This document shows, piece by piece, positions 1-8,622 of a stretch of 46,495 nucleotides of DNA. The notes beneath the pieces are model-generated. The model was given only the letters and a program-made list of their open reading frames with translations. It was not told the DNA's origin and made no database searches. The DNA is from an uncultured Rhodopirellula sp. (GTDB lineage Bacteria; Planctomycetota; Planctomycetia; Pirellulales; Pirellulaceae), in NCBI GenBank assembly GCA_964007735.1, contig CAXGAI010000038.1, positions 1 to 46,495 on the forward strand, given 5' to 3'. The translations under genes were made by a program, and so were the position numbers. The number at the start of each line of letters is the position of its first letter. The stretch's first letter is position 1.

Positions 1-224
1 GAATAAACCTATACGGTAAGATAAAATAAAAATCAGTTACAAATGAAATTAATGGTCCTGCAAGTATAGAACCTGCAATAAGGATTAAAATTGAATCGGC
101 TTGTTTTAAACCATTTTTTGATTTAAGGTTTAAACATATGCTTTTTTTATTCCGGTTATATGCGGCAAAGAATCCGGCGCCCTGATTCATCAGGTGTCGT
201 GTTGTATCGCCTTGTAAAGCGAAT

Positions 225-2921
225 TTGTCGGATCCGGACTTCGATATGGATGTGAAGCCAATTCTGGTAAAGCACTGCATTTTATGTCACGGTCCGGGCA
301 AGCAGGAAAGCGGGTATCGAATTGACCGTTTTCAAACGATGGTCCTAACTGGAGACTCTGGTCTCCCGACAATTGCGCGTGGTGATGCCGCCAGCAGTCA
401 TTTGTATCAACGTATTACTTCGAGTGACGCAAACGTACGCATGCCACCCAAAGGAGAAGGCTTATCGCCTCAGGAACTAACCATTATTCGCAACTGGATT
501 AATGCTGGCGTTAGCGGACCTCGACTCAATATCACCAATCCAAGTACGGATCACTGGTCGTTCCAACAGCTTGAAACACCAACTCCCCCGGTACCGGCAA
601 ACACAACTCTACTGAAAAACGAGGTTGACCAGTTCATTCAAGCGAAACTTGAGCTAAATGGATTAAGTCTTTCTCCTCAAGCTGATCGTCACACGTTAAT
701 ACGCCGAGCGTTCTTAGTGATGCTGGGCCTGCAACCGACACCCGAAGAAATCGATGCATTCACCAACAACAAGTCGCCAGAGGCCTACGCACAGCTTGTC
801 GAATCCATTTTGGCAAGCCCCCATTATGGTGAACGCTGGGCTCAACACTGGCTCGACTGTGTGCGATACGCTGAATCCACTGGATACGAAATCAACAAAG
901 CCATTTCTAATATTTATCCCTATCGTGACTATGTCATTCAAGCTTTCAACGCGGATGTTCCCTATGATCAGTTTATTCGCGAACAAATAACTGGCGATCT
1001 ATTTGCAAAAGACGCTGCGACAGGATTTTTAATGGTCGGTCCACATGACACAAACCCCAGTCCCGACCCACGACTTACAGCGATGCAATTTCAGGATGGC
1101 CACGACGAGATTATTAAAACCGTAAGTGCCGTAACGATGGGCCTAACTCTAGGGTGCGCGCGTTGCCACGACCATAAGTTCGATCCGCTCACTCAGCACG
1201 ATTATTATAAGTTTCAGGCCGTCTTCGCCGGGGTAAGTTACGGCAGCCGGGCTGAACAGGGAAGCAAGTTCGACCAAATGAAGCGAGACGCTAAGCTTCT
1301 CTTACCCAGGATACAGGAACTCCGAGATAGAGCTGATCACCTCAGAGCTAAACATAACCTCTCAGCCCCTCTAGACCTTCGGGAATACGACGAAACTTTT
1401 CCACCCGTCAAAACTGGACGCATCAAGTTCCTAATCAACCATACTACGGACGGCAATAGTGCCGAGTTAGATGACGTAGAAATTTGGACGCTCGCGTCTA
1501 AGGAAACGGCAAGCGTGAATATCGCGCATCGCGACCGCGGTGCCACTGCGGTCTCCAGCCCTACTGCTAGGGGGAACCAGGGAAAATCTGCCGATCTGCT
1601 GTTAGACGGAAGCCGACAACTGCTTCTTTATTTCAAAGCAGCTGATTCAAAAGACGTGTGGTTTGAGATAACGTTCGCGAAAGACTACATCATCGATCGG
1701 ATCACCATTAAACCTCGTGGACGCGCAGTTCCCGCGGACTACCAAATACAATACGAAGGAAAGAATAACGAATGGGTGACCCTCATAGACTCCCGCAATC
1801 GTTACCCTCACCTAACGGATACACGTGAAGCGGACGCTCTGAATCTAAAAGATGTTTCAGCTGACGGCCGTACAGAGATCGCAGGAAACACCCGCGAACT
1901 TCGGACTCTAACGACGAAGTATGACCAACTAAGAAAGGGGCCCCAAATATACACCGGTCGCTTGCATAAGCCTCGCCCTACTTACCTGATGGTGGGCGGT
2001 GATCCCGAAAAACCGGGAAAAGCCGTACAGCCGGGGTTCATCACTTCAATCGGTTCGTTTGACATTAGTAATGACGCACCAGAAAGTGAGCGACGCCTCG
2101 CTCTGGCCTCTTCAATCGCCACTGGTGCTAATCCGTTAACGGCAAGAGTAATTACTAACCGCGTATGGCAACACTATTTCGGAACGGGGATTGTAGAAAC
2201 CCCTTCCGATTTCGGCGTGAATGGCGGATCACCAAGCCATCCTGAATTACTCGATTGGTTATCAACGCATTTGATAGACAACGACTGGTCATTAAAACAA
2301 TTACACCGTGTCCTCCTGATGTCAGCCACGTTCCGGCAGTCCAGCCGTACTAATGCCGGAGCATTTAAAATAGATGGTGAATCCCGTCTTCTCTGGCGAT
2401 TTCCTCCGCGTCGTTTAGAGGCGGAGGTTTTACGCGACGCGATGCTTAAGGCAAGTGGGAAATTGAACCTGGAGCAATTTGGACCTCCGTTCAAGTTTTT
2501 TGAGGAAAGGACCAGTCCGTTTGCCAAACCAATTCCAATCAAACACTTCGACGAGGCTGGCTGGCGCCGTATGATTTATGGAGAAAAACAGAGGCTTACT
2601 AACGTCGGTGTTTTTGGCGTATTTGATTGCCCGGATGCGAGCCAAATGACCCCCAAACGGTCGACTAGCACCTCCGCCGTACAGGCATTGGCCCTTTTTA
2701 ACAGCGAATTTGTTAATCGTCACGCTGGTTTTCTTGCAAGTCTATCGGGCACCGCCCGGAAAACCATCAGTTCGCAAATCGAATTCGCATTCTTACGCAC
2801 CCTATCAAGACCCCCAACCGAACAAGAGTTGCAAACGTTGCTTCCTTTCGTACAGCAGGAAGGGCTGACCGCCTTAGGCAGAATCCTATTTAACCTCAAT
2901 GAATTTGCGTTCCTCAACTAA
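225..2921 (+). CDS. Planctomycete diheme cytochrome c protein (PSCyt1 + DUF1549/PSCyt2 + DUF1553/PSD1) with discoidin/F5-8C-like insert
   Basis: 898-aa ORF. CILCH near the N-terminus with RMPP..WI..G; HWSF; PHYGERWAQHWLDCVRYAES; CARCHDHKFDP; NPLTARVITNRVWQHYFGTGIV, PSHPELLDWL, RRLEAEVLRDAML, QALALFN, NLNEFAFLN. Start is uncertain (TTG, no signal peptide, in-frame TGA at 183-185). Confidence 0.92.
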   Translation: MSDPDFDMDVKPILVKHCILCHGPGKQESGYRIDRFQTMVLTGDSGLPTIARGDAASSHLYQRITSSDANVRMPPKGEGLSPQELTIIRNWINAGVSGPRLNITNPSTDHWSFQQLETPTPPVPANTTLLKNEVDQFIQAKLELNGLSLSPQADRHTLIRRAFLVMLGLQPTPEEIDAFTNNKSPEAYAQLVESILASPHYGERWAQHWLDCVRYAESTGYEINKAISNIYPYRDYVIQAFNADVPYDQFIREQITGDLFAKDAATGFLMVGPHDTNPSPDPRLTAMQFQDGHDEIIKTVSAVTMGLTLGCARCHDHKFDPLTQHDYYKFQAVFAGVSYGSRAEQGSKFDQMKRDAKLLLPRIQELRDRADHLRAKHNLSAPLDLREYDETFPPVKTGRIKFLINHTTDGNSAELDDVEIWTLASKETASVNIAHRDRGATAVSSPTARGNQGKSADLLLDGSRQLLLYFKAADSKDVWFEITFAKDYIIDRITIKPRGRAVPADYQIQYEGKNNEWVTLIDSRNRYPHLTDTREADALNLKDVSADGRTEIAGNTRELRTLTTKYDQLRKGPQIYTGRLHKPRPTYLMVGGDPEKPGKAVQPGFITSIGSFDISNDAPESERRLALASSIATGANPLTARVITNRVWQHYFGTGIVETPSDFGVNGGSPSHPELLDWLSTHLIDNDWSLKQLHRVLLMSATFRQSSRTNAGAFKIDGESRLLWRFPPRRLEAEVLRDAMLKASGKLNLEQFGPPFKFFEERTSPFAKPIPIKHFDEAGWRRMIYGEKQRLTNVGVFGVFDCPDASQMTPKRSTSTSAVQALALFNSEFVNRHAGFLASLSGTARKTISSQIEFAFLRTLSRPPTEQELQTLLPFVQQEGLTALGRILFNLNEFAFLN

Positions 2922-3008
2922 ATAGATTATTCCCCAAATAGCGTTAACCTGACCTACCACTCGGGCTTACGTTCATATCTTTGTCGGATCGCGCCACGAG
3001 TAAGAATT

Positions 3009-4451
3009 ATGCACAAACAACTGTTAAACCGTCGCAACTTCCTGAACCAAACCCAATTCGGTCTTGCCGGTATTGCGTTAACCAACCTTTTATCTGACGC
3101 CGACCTGCTCGCCCAAGGCAGCGTTGATTTCGATCCTACGAGACCGTTTAAGTCACGCCGCTCTCATTTTAAGCCACGGGCAAAAAACGTAATTGTCGTT
3201 TTTTGTGCGGGTGCAGTTAGCCATGTGGACTTTTGGGAACATAAACCCGAGTTAATCCGGCAGCACGGTAAGCCCTTGCCCGGTAACGAACGCCTGATCT
3301 CGTTTCAGGGAGAAAACGGGACCCTTCAAAAACCGCTCTGGGATTTTGTTCAAAGGGGGGAATGCGGCAAGATGATCTCTAAAATCGTACCTCACATCGG
3401 ATCGTGTGTGGATGACATTTGCTTCCTCCATTCGGTTCACACAAAATCCAGTACCCACGGCCCAGCCGAAAATCTGATGTCGACCGGATTCAACCGCGAG
3501 GGTTACCCCGGGATGGGGGCGTGGATAACTTACGGACTTGGTACCGAAAATCAAAATCTCCCGGCCTTCATCGCAATTGAAGACCCCCGGGGTACTCCAC
3601 AGTCAGGTGGTAATAACTGGACTAGCGGTTTTTTGCCCGCTTCGTTTCAGGGTACGGCCTTCAGCACAACCAAACCCATTCAACATTTGAATTCCCCGGA
3701 TGCTGTTCCCCTCGACGCTAATCGCGTTAGCCTCGATGTCCTAAGGGCATTGAACGAATATCACCAACGTCAATTCATGACAGACACGGCCCTTTCAGCC
3801 AGAATTTCCAGCTACGAATTAGCCGCAAAAATGCAACTATCTGTTCCCGATGCGACCAACGTTAGTTCCGAACCCAACCATATCCTCGAACTTTACGGTG
3901 CTAATTCAAAAAACCAGGTTAAGTCTGACTTTGCACGGAATTGCATCCTCGCTCGAAGACTCGTTGAGAAGGGCGTTAGATTTGTGCAGTTATTTAACGG
4001 TGCATATGCCTCCGGGGGACAAATTAACTGGGACACTCATAACAATATGCCCGGTTTGGTGCCTGGTCATGCTGAAGTACTTGACCAGCCTGTTGCCGGA
4101 CTATTGAAGGACTTAAAACAACGCGGCCTATTGCAGGATACCCTGGTAGTCTGTTGCACGGAGTTTGGCCGCATGCCGATGTTTCAGGTTGGGAATGATG
4201 GGCGAGACCATAATCCAGAGGGTTTTACGGTTTGGATGGCCGGTGGGGGTGTGAAAGGCGGCACATCATATGGAGCTACAGATCCTTTTGGTTATAAAGC
4301 CGAAGTCAATCCACTTTCGATCCATGATGTCCACGCTACGATGCTTTACCTATTAGGTCTCGATCATACCAGCCTGACCTATTATCACAACGGCCTCCAA
4401 AGGCGACTGACCGACGTGCACGGCCACGTCGTGAAGGAAATCGTAAGCTAG
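3009..4451 (+). CDS. DUF1501 family protein (Tat-exported, alkaline-phosphatase/sulfatase-like fold), subtype A
   Basis: NRRNFL Tat motif; HFKPRAKNVI; LARRLVEKGVRFVQL; NWDTH; EFGRMP; GRDHNP; RRLTDVHG at the C-terminus. Directly downstream of a PSD1 gene. Confidence 0.93.
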   Translation: MHKQLLNRRNFLNQTQFGLAGIALTNLLSDADLLAQGSVDFDPTRPFKSRRSHFKPRAKNVIVVFCAGAVSHVDFWEHKPELIRQHGKPLPGNERLISFQGENGTLQKPLWDFVQRGECGKMISKIVPHIGSCVDDICFLHSVHTKSSTHGPAENLMSTGFNREGYPGMGAWITYGLGTENQNLPAFIAIEDPRGTPQSGGNNWTSGFLPASFQGTAFSTTKPIQHLNSPDAVPLDANRVSLDVLRALNEYHQRQFMTDTALSARISSYELAAKMQLSVPDATNVSSEPNHILELYGANSKNQVKSDFARNCILARRLVEKGVRFVQLFNGAYASGGQINWDTHNNMPGLVPGHAEVLDQPVAGLLKDLKQRGLLQDTLVVCCTEFGRMPMFQVGNDGRDHNPEGFTVWMAGGGVKGGTSYGATDPFGYKAEVNPLSIHDVHATMLYLLGLDHTSLTYYHNGLQRRLTDVHGHVVKEIVS

Positions 4452-4564
4452 CCATTGCGGTTAGCACCTACCAGGAGCTACTGAGACTCCTCTTAAGACT
4501 TCGGCGCGGGGGACACCTTCCCTTCAGCCAATCAACTTTATCAGCTACCCCACAATTCAGTATC

Positions 4565-5623
4565 CTAGTCGTCAAACACCATCTCGCGAATCGCTCTGTC
4601 TACGAATTCCCGATACCGACCAATGCCATGCCCTTCACCCACAAGTTTATAGTGCGTGAACTCCACCTCAGTGTAATCGTATGCAAAGATCCCGGGCTTC
4701 ACCGCCTTCCCGTCTGTGTCAGCAATCCTGGGTCCGGAATAACCGAAGGCTTTCGCGAAACCAAATGCCGTCTCTTGCGCTGAAACATGCGGTACATCTC
4801 CACGGCTTCCCCCGTAATACGGTACGACACGATCGTTCGTGCCGTGAAAATAAATCACTTTAACGCCGCGAGTGGGCTGTTTCTTTTTGTCATATAGGTT
4901 TTGACCCTCCTGGCTGGAAACCCAAAAACTACCATCGCGATACTGTTTTTCGATCATACTTGCTACCAGACAGACTGCCTTATGAAACGGCTTCCTGTCC
5001 ACTTCAATTAGAAGCCGGTGAATCATACCGCTCCCGTTCGACGAACCGATTAGCGTGACGTTGTCCATGTCGGCGTTTCTTTCCCGTGTTCGCAGGTATT
5101 CGATGATTTCCTCAATAAACCGCACGTCCGGCGCCTCACTGGCTTCCCCATAGACATTCCAACTACGGCGATACCCTTGCGGACAGATAAATATGGTATC
5201 ACTCATATAATTGAATTGCTTGATTGCAATTTCAGCCTGACCTCCGTTGCCATGTAAAAAGATAACCACCGGCAATTCTTTTTCGATCGCAACCGGTTTT
5301 CGGACCAGGACGCGACGGGCCCACCCCCCCGGCTCCTGAGCCCACTCCTGTCTAATCCGGAATTCATCGACGCGTGTTTGAGGACGAACTGCGGGAGCGG
5401 GCCGGCCCATGGCAACGATGTGTTCTCGAATCGTAATTTTTCCATCGTTGTTCCGGTCATTTGTCGGGAATAAGCGGCGAAGATTTTCTGGAACTTCCGA
5501 TAGAACTAAAACCCCGTCCCCGTTCCTATCCCAGGCTTTGAAGATTTCTAGAGCTTTCGTTTGGCCATATCCCTTTACCGTAGTAAGCATAAGAAAGAGA
5601 ACGACGAGCAGTCTTAAAGACAT
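4565..5623 (-). CDS. Secreted alpha/beta-hydrolase esterase (LpqC/PHB-depolymerase-like) with N-terminal EF-hand pair
   Basis: Signal peptide; DRNGDGVLVLSE and DRNNDGKITIRE EF-hand loops; PVVIFLHGNGG; GSSNG nucleophile elbow; HGTNDRVVPY; GEGH. Confidence 0.82.
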   Translation of the reverse strand: MSLRLLVVLFLMLTTVKGYGQTKALEIFKAWDRNGDGVLVLSEVPENLRRLFPTNDRNNDGKITIREHIVAMGRPAPAVRPQTRVDEFRIRQEWAQEPGGWARRVLVRKPVAIEKELPVVIFLHGNGGQAEIAIKQFNYMSDTIFICPQGYRRSWNVYGEASEAPDVRFIEEIIEYLRTRERNADMDNVTLIGSSNGSGMIHRLLIEVDRKPFHKAVCLVASMIEKQYRDGSFWVSSQEGQNLYDKKKQPTRGVKVIYFHGTNDRVVPYYGGSRGDVPHVSAQETAFGFAKAFGYSGPRIADTDGKAVKPGIFAYDYTEVEFTHYKLVGEGHGIGRYREFVDRAIREMVFDD

Positions 5624-5773
5624 AACAATTAACCCCTTCAGGTTTGGTCAATTCGATGACAACCACTTAAACGGACGCGCGACGCCGGTTAAACTTTACG
5701 AATATATATGCAGGCGTTAGCCTATTTTAGTTAGAATAACTCTTTCCGAGTCTTACTTAAAGTTCAGACGCCT

Positions 5774-7108
5774 ATGACATCGTCAATAATCCCCGCAAGA
5801 CGACAGTTTTTTCAGGCTGGAGGAATTGCGCTTGGCGCGTTGTCTCCACTCGGGATATCCCTGGATCAGATTCTTTCAGCGGAAGCAACGACCACAGGAT
5901 CCAAGCAAATCAACGTGATCTTCATGTTTTTGCAAGGGGGAGCCAGCCAGCTTGATATGTATGATATGAAGCCATCGGCTCCGAGTGAAATTCGTGGTCC
6001 TTATTTCGAGGCGGCGACAAACACTCCCGGCATGAAGCTGAGCGATCAGTTACCCATGTTATCTCAGCACACTGATAAGTTCTCGCTGATAAGGTCAATG
6101 CACACGTTCACATCGAAGCACGGCGAGGGTGACGTCCATATAATGTGCGGAACACCCGTCGACAAGAATCTTCAGGGACCGGGCATCGGAGCCGTTTTAT
6201 CGAAACAACAACCGCAGGTAGCGCCGGTACCGCCGTTCGTCCATTTTGGCGACATGAAACATCCCGCCTACACGGCGCCTGGCTTCGCGGGCGTCTTAGG
6301 TCGGCATTACGACCCGTTTGTTATCAAACAGGACCCGAATGCTGCATCTTTTAGAGTTCGTGAATTTGACACAGCTGAAGATGTCGATATAGGCCGTCTG
6401 AAGGGCCGTAAATCATTATTAAACGCATTGGATCAATATCAGGCCCAAAAAGAATCCCAGCTTGGCTTCGCTCAGGAACATGATCGTTTTACCGAACGCG
6501 CGCTAAGCATATCCACGAGTCGAAAGGCGAAAGATGCCTTTAACCTTAGCCAGGAGTCAGATGCCCTGCGTGATCGATACGGTCGTAATCGTGTTGGACA
6601 GGGAATGCTTATGGCGCGACGTCTCATAGAAGCTGGGGTCCGTTTTGTGACGATCCAGGGATATGTGGATACTGGAATCTATGCCTGGGATCATCATTGG
6701 GGGATTTTCCCTCACCTTGACATCCAACTTCCAATCTATGATCAGAGTTATTCCGCTCTTCTGGAGGATCTCCACCAGCGCGGATTGCTAGAATCGACCC
6801 TTGTCATTACAGCGGGGGAATTCGGACGAACTCCCAGAATTAACGACAACAAACGCGGCCCAGGGCGTGATCACTGGGGCCGGTGCTTTAGCCTTACCAT
6901 GGGTGGAGGGGGAGTCAAGACCGGTGCAGTCGTCGGCTCGAGCGATAAATACTCATCGAGCCCAGCAGATCGTCCGGTCTCCGTACCGGATTTTGTAGCC
7001 ACCGTCTACGAGACTTTAGGGCTCGACCCAACAGCTTCCACTATTAGTCAGGGACGGCCTATCAAAATGCTTCCCGAGGGTACACCAGTTCGCGAACTAT
7101 TAAGTTAG
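5774..7108 (+). CDS. DUF1501 family protein, subtype B
   Basis: ARRQFF Tat motif; FLQGGASQLDMYDMKPSAPSEIRGPY; MARRLIEAGVRFV; WDHH; EFGRTPRIN; GRDHW; C-terminal GRP...GTPVRELL. Confidence 0.93.
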   Translation: MTSSIIPARRQFFQAGGIALGALSPLGISLDQILSAEATTTGSKQINVIFMFLQGGASQLDMYDMKPSAPSEIRGPYFEAATNTPGMKLSDQLPMLSQHTDKFSLIRSMHTFTSKHGEGDVHIMCGTPVDKNLQGPGIGAVLSKQQPQVAPVPPFVHFGDMKHPAYTAPGFAGVLGRHYDPFVIKQDPNAASFRVREFDTAEDVDIGRLKGRKSLLNALDQYQAQKESQLGFAQEHDRFTERALSISTSRKAKDAFNLSQESDALRDRYGRNRVGQGMLMARRLIEAGVRFVTIQGYVDTGIYAWDHHWGIFPHLDIQLPIYDQSYSALLEDLHQRGLLESTLVITAGEFGRTPRINDNKRGPGRDHWGRCFSLTMGGGGVKTGAVVGSSDKYSSSPADRPVSVPDFVATVYETLGLDPTASTISQGRPIKMLPEGTPVRELLS

Positions 7109-7119
7109 ATAGTATGCGG

Positions 7120-8508
7120 TTAACTATCAAATAACTCATAAATAGGACTCCCCTCTGCAAGGCGATGCGGCCGACCTGTTTGATCATGGATTTCAGTATA
7201 GGGGTTTACCCCGAACCGCCAATAAATTGTCGCCGCCAAATCGCCGGGCGTGACCGCCTTCTCAACCGGGTATGCGCCAATATGATCACTCGCCCCATGC
7301 ACGTAACCACCTTTGACACCACCTCCGGCGATCGTGATGCTATAACAATCCGGCCAATGATCTCGGCCGGCATTGCCATTAATCTTCGGTGTACGACCGA
7401 ACTCCCCCATTCCAATTACCAAGGTGGAATCCAATAACCCTCGATCTTCGAGATCATTCACTAAAGCCGCGAATGATTTGTCCATTGGGGGCACAAGCCT
7501 ATTCTTATGTTCGGTGAAATTGTCATTGTGCGAATCCCAATTTTGCCCCTGTTGACGGAAATCATAAATGTTAACAAATGCCACGCCCGCTTCGACTAAA
7601 CGACGTGCGAGTAACAGATTTTGTCCTCGCAGCTGATGCCCGGATATCTCCCGCGTCCCGTCGGGTAGTTTTTCATCGTAAAAGCCGTAGGCGGCTCGCG
7701 TTGCGTCGGACTCTTCATGAATTCTCAACGCCTTGCTTAGTTCCCTGGACTGCATCAACTCCAGCGCCTTAGCCATGTGATCGCCAAACCCATGTTTCGC
7801 ACTGACGGATCTGAGGGGCTGGTGCGTGTTAATACTTTTTAAGAGATCCTGGCGGGCTTTCAGACGGAGGATTGGTAAATCTGCCGGAAGATCGAAAGCG
7901 GACGCACTGTACGTTCCCTTTGCCACCTCTCCAATCACTTGAAACGGATCATACGCCTTGCCCAAAAACCCGCCCCATTGGCATGGCACGGGAATGACAT
8001 TCTTAAAAACCCAGGGCAACGCCGCGAAGGGAACGTCGCATTCGATTTGGCTGCGCAACATTGCCAGAGCGGCGCCGTAAGCGGGATAAAACTGGGGTAT
8101 CGGTTTGAATTCTTCTCTATCCCCCTGAGGAGACTGCCGACCCGTCAGTGACTCGGTTGATGCAGAGTCATGCAATCGATTGCTATGATGCATACTGCGA
8201 ATAACCGAAATCTTATGCATGATCTTTGCGTGTTCCGGTAGGAGCTCACTGACAAATGTACCCGGAACCGTGGTACTTATCTGTTTAAATTCGCCCCGTA
8301 TATTATCTGGGGCTCCCGGCTTCATGTCGAACATATCGAGATGACTCGGCCCTCCATAATAAAATACGATAATACATGAACGGATCTTAGGTGGCCCTAT
8401 AAGAATTTCAGATTCGCTGGCATTCAATATTCCAGATACGACATCCGCATTAGTCAAATAGCCCGCGCCGGCGATACTCTGCAGCCATGTACGCCGTGAA
8501 ATTGTCAT
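7120..8508 (-). CDS. DUF1501 family protein, subtype B
   Basis: SRRTWL Tat motif; YYGGPSHLDMFDMKPGAPDNIRGEF; LARRLVEAGV; NWDSH; EFGRTPKIN; GRDHWP; GRPHRLAEGSPIYELF. Confidence 0.93.
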   Translation of the reverse strand: MTISRRTWLQSIAGAGYLTNADVVSGILNASESEILIGPPKIRSCIIVFYYGGPSHLDMFDMKPGAPDNIRGEFKQISTTVPGTFVSELLPEHAKIMHKISVIRSMHHSNRLHDSASTESLTGRQSPQGDREEFKPIPQFYPAYGAALAMLRSQIECDVPFAALPWVFKNVIPVPCQWGGFLGKAYDPFQVIGEVAKGTYSASAFDLPADLPILRLKARQDLLKSINTHQPLRSVSAKHGFGDHMAKALELMQSRELSKALRIHEESDATRAAYGFYDEKLPDGTREISGHQLRGQNLLLARRLVEAGVAFVNIYDFRQQGQNWDSHNDNFTEHKNRLVPPMDKSFAALVNDLEDRGLLDSTLVIGMGEFGRTPKINGNAGRDHWPDCYSITIAGGGVKGGYVHGASDHIGAYPVEKAVTPGDLAATIYWRFGVNPYTEIHDQTGRPHRLAEGSPIYELFDS

Positions 8509-8622
8509 CTTTCAACTCCATGCTTTGATTCAAACACGACTTCCTACCGAACACACTCAAGCCGAATTCTTCGTCAGACCAGGTAGTTAGCGTTGTGCGA
8601 CGGATACACACATTCGCTCATT

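Noticed and set aside
3009..4451. Annotating DUF1501 genes as sulfatases
   Set aside because: No formylglycine CxPxR motif at the expected position and no FGE gene in the window.
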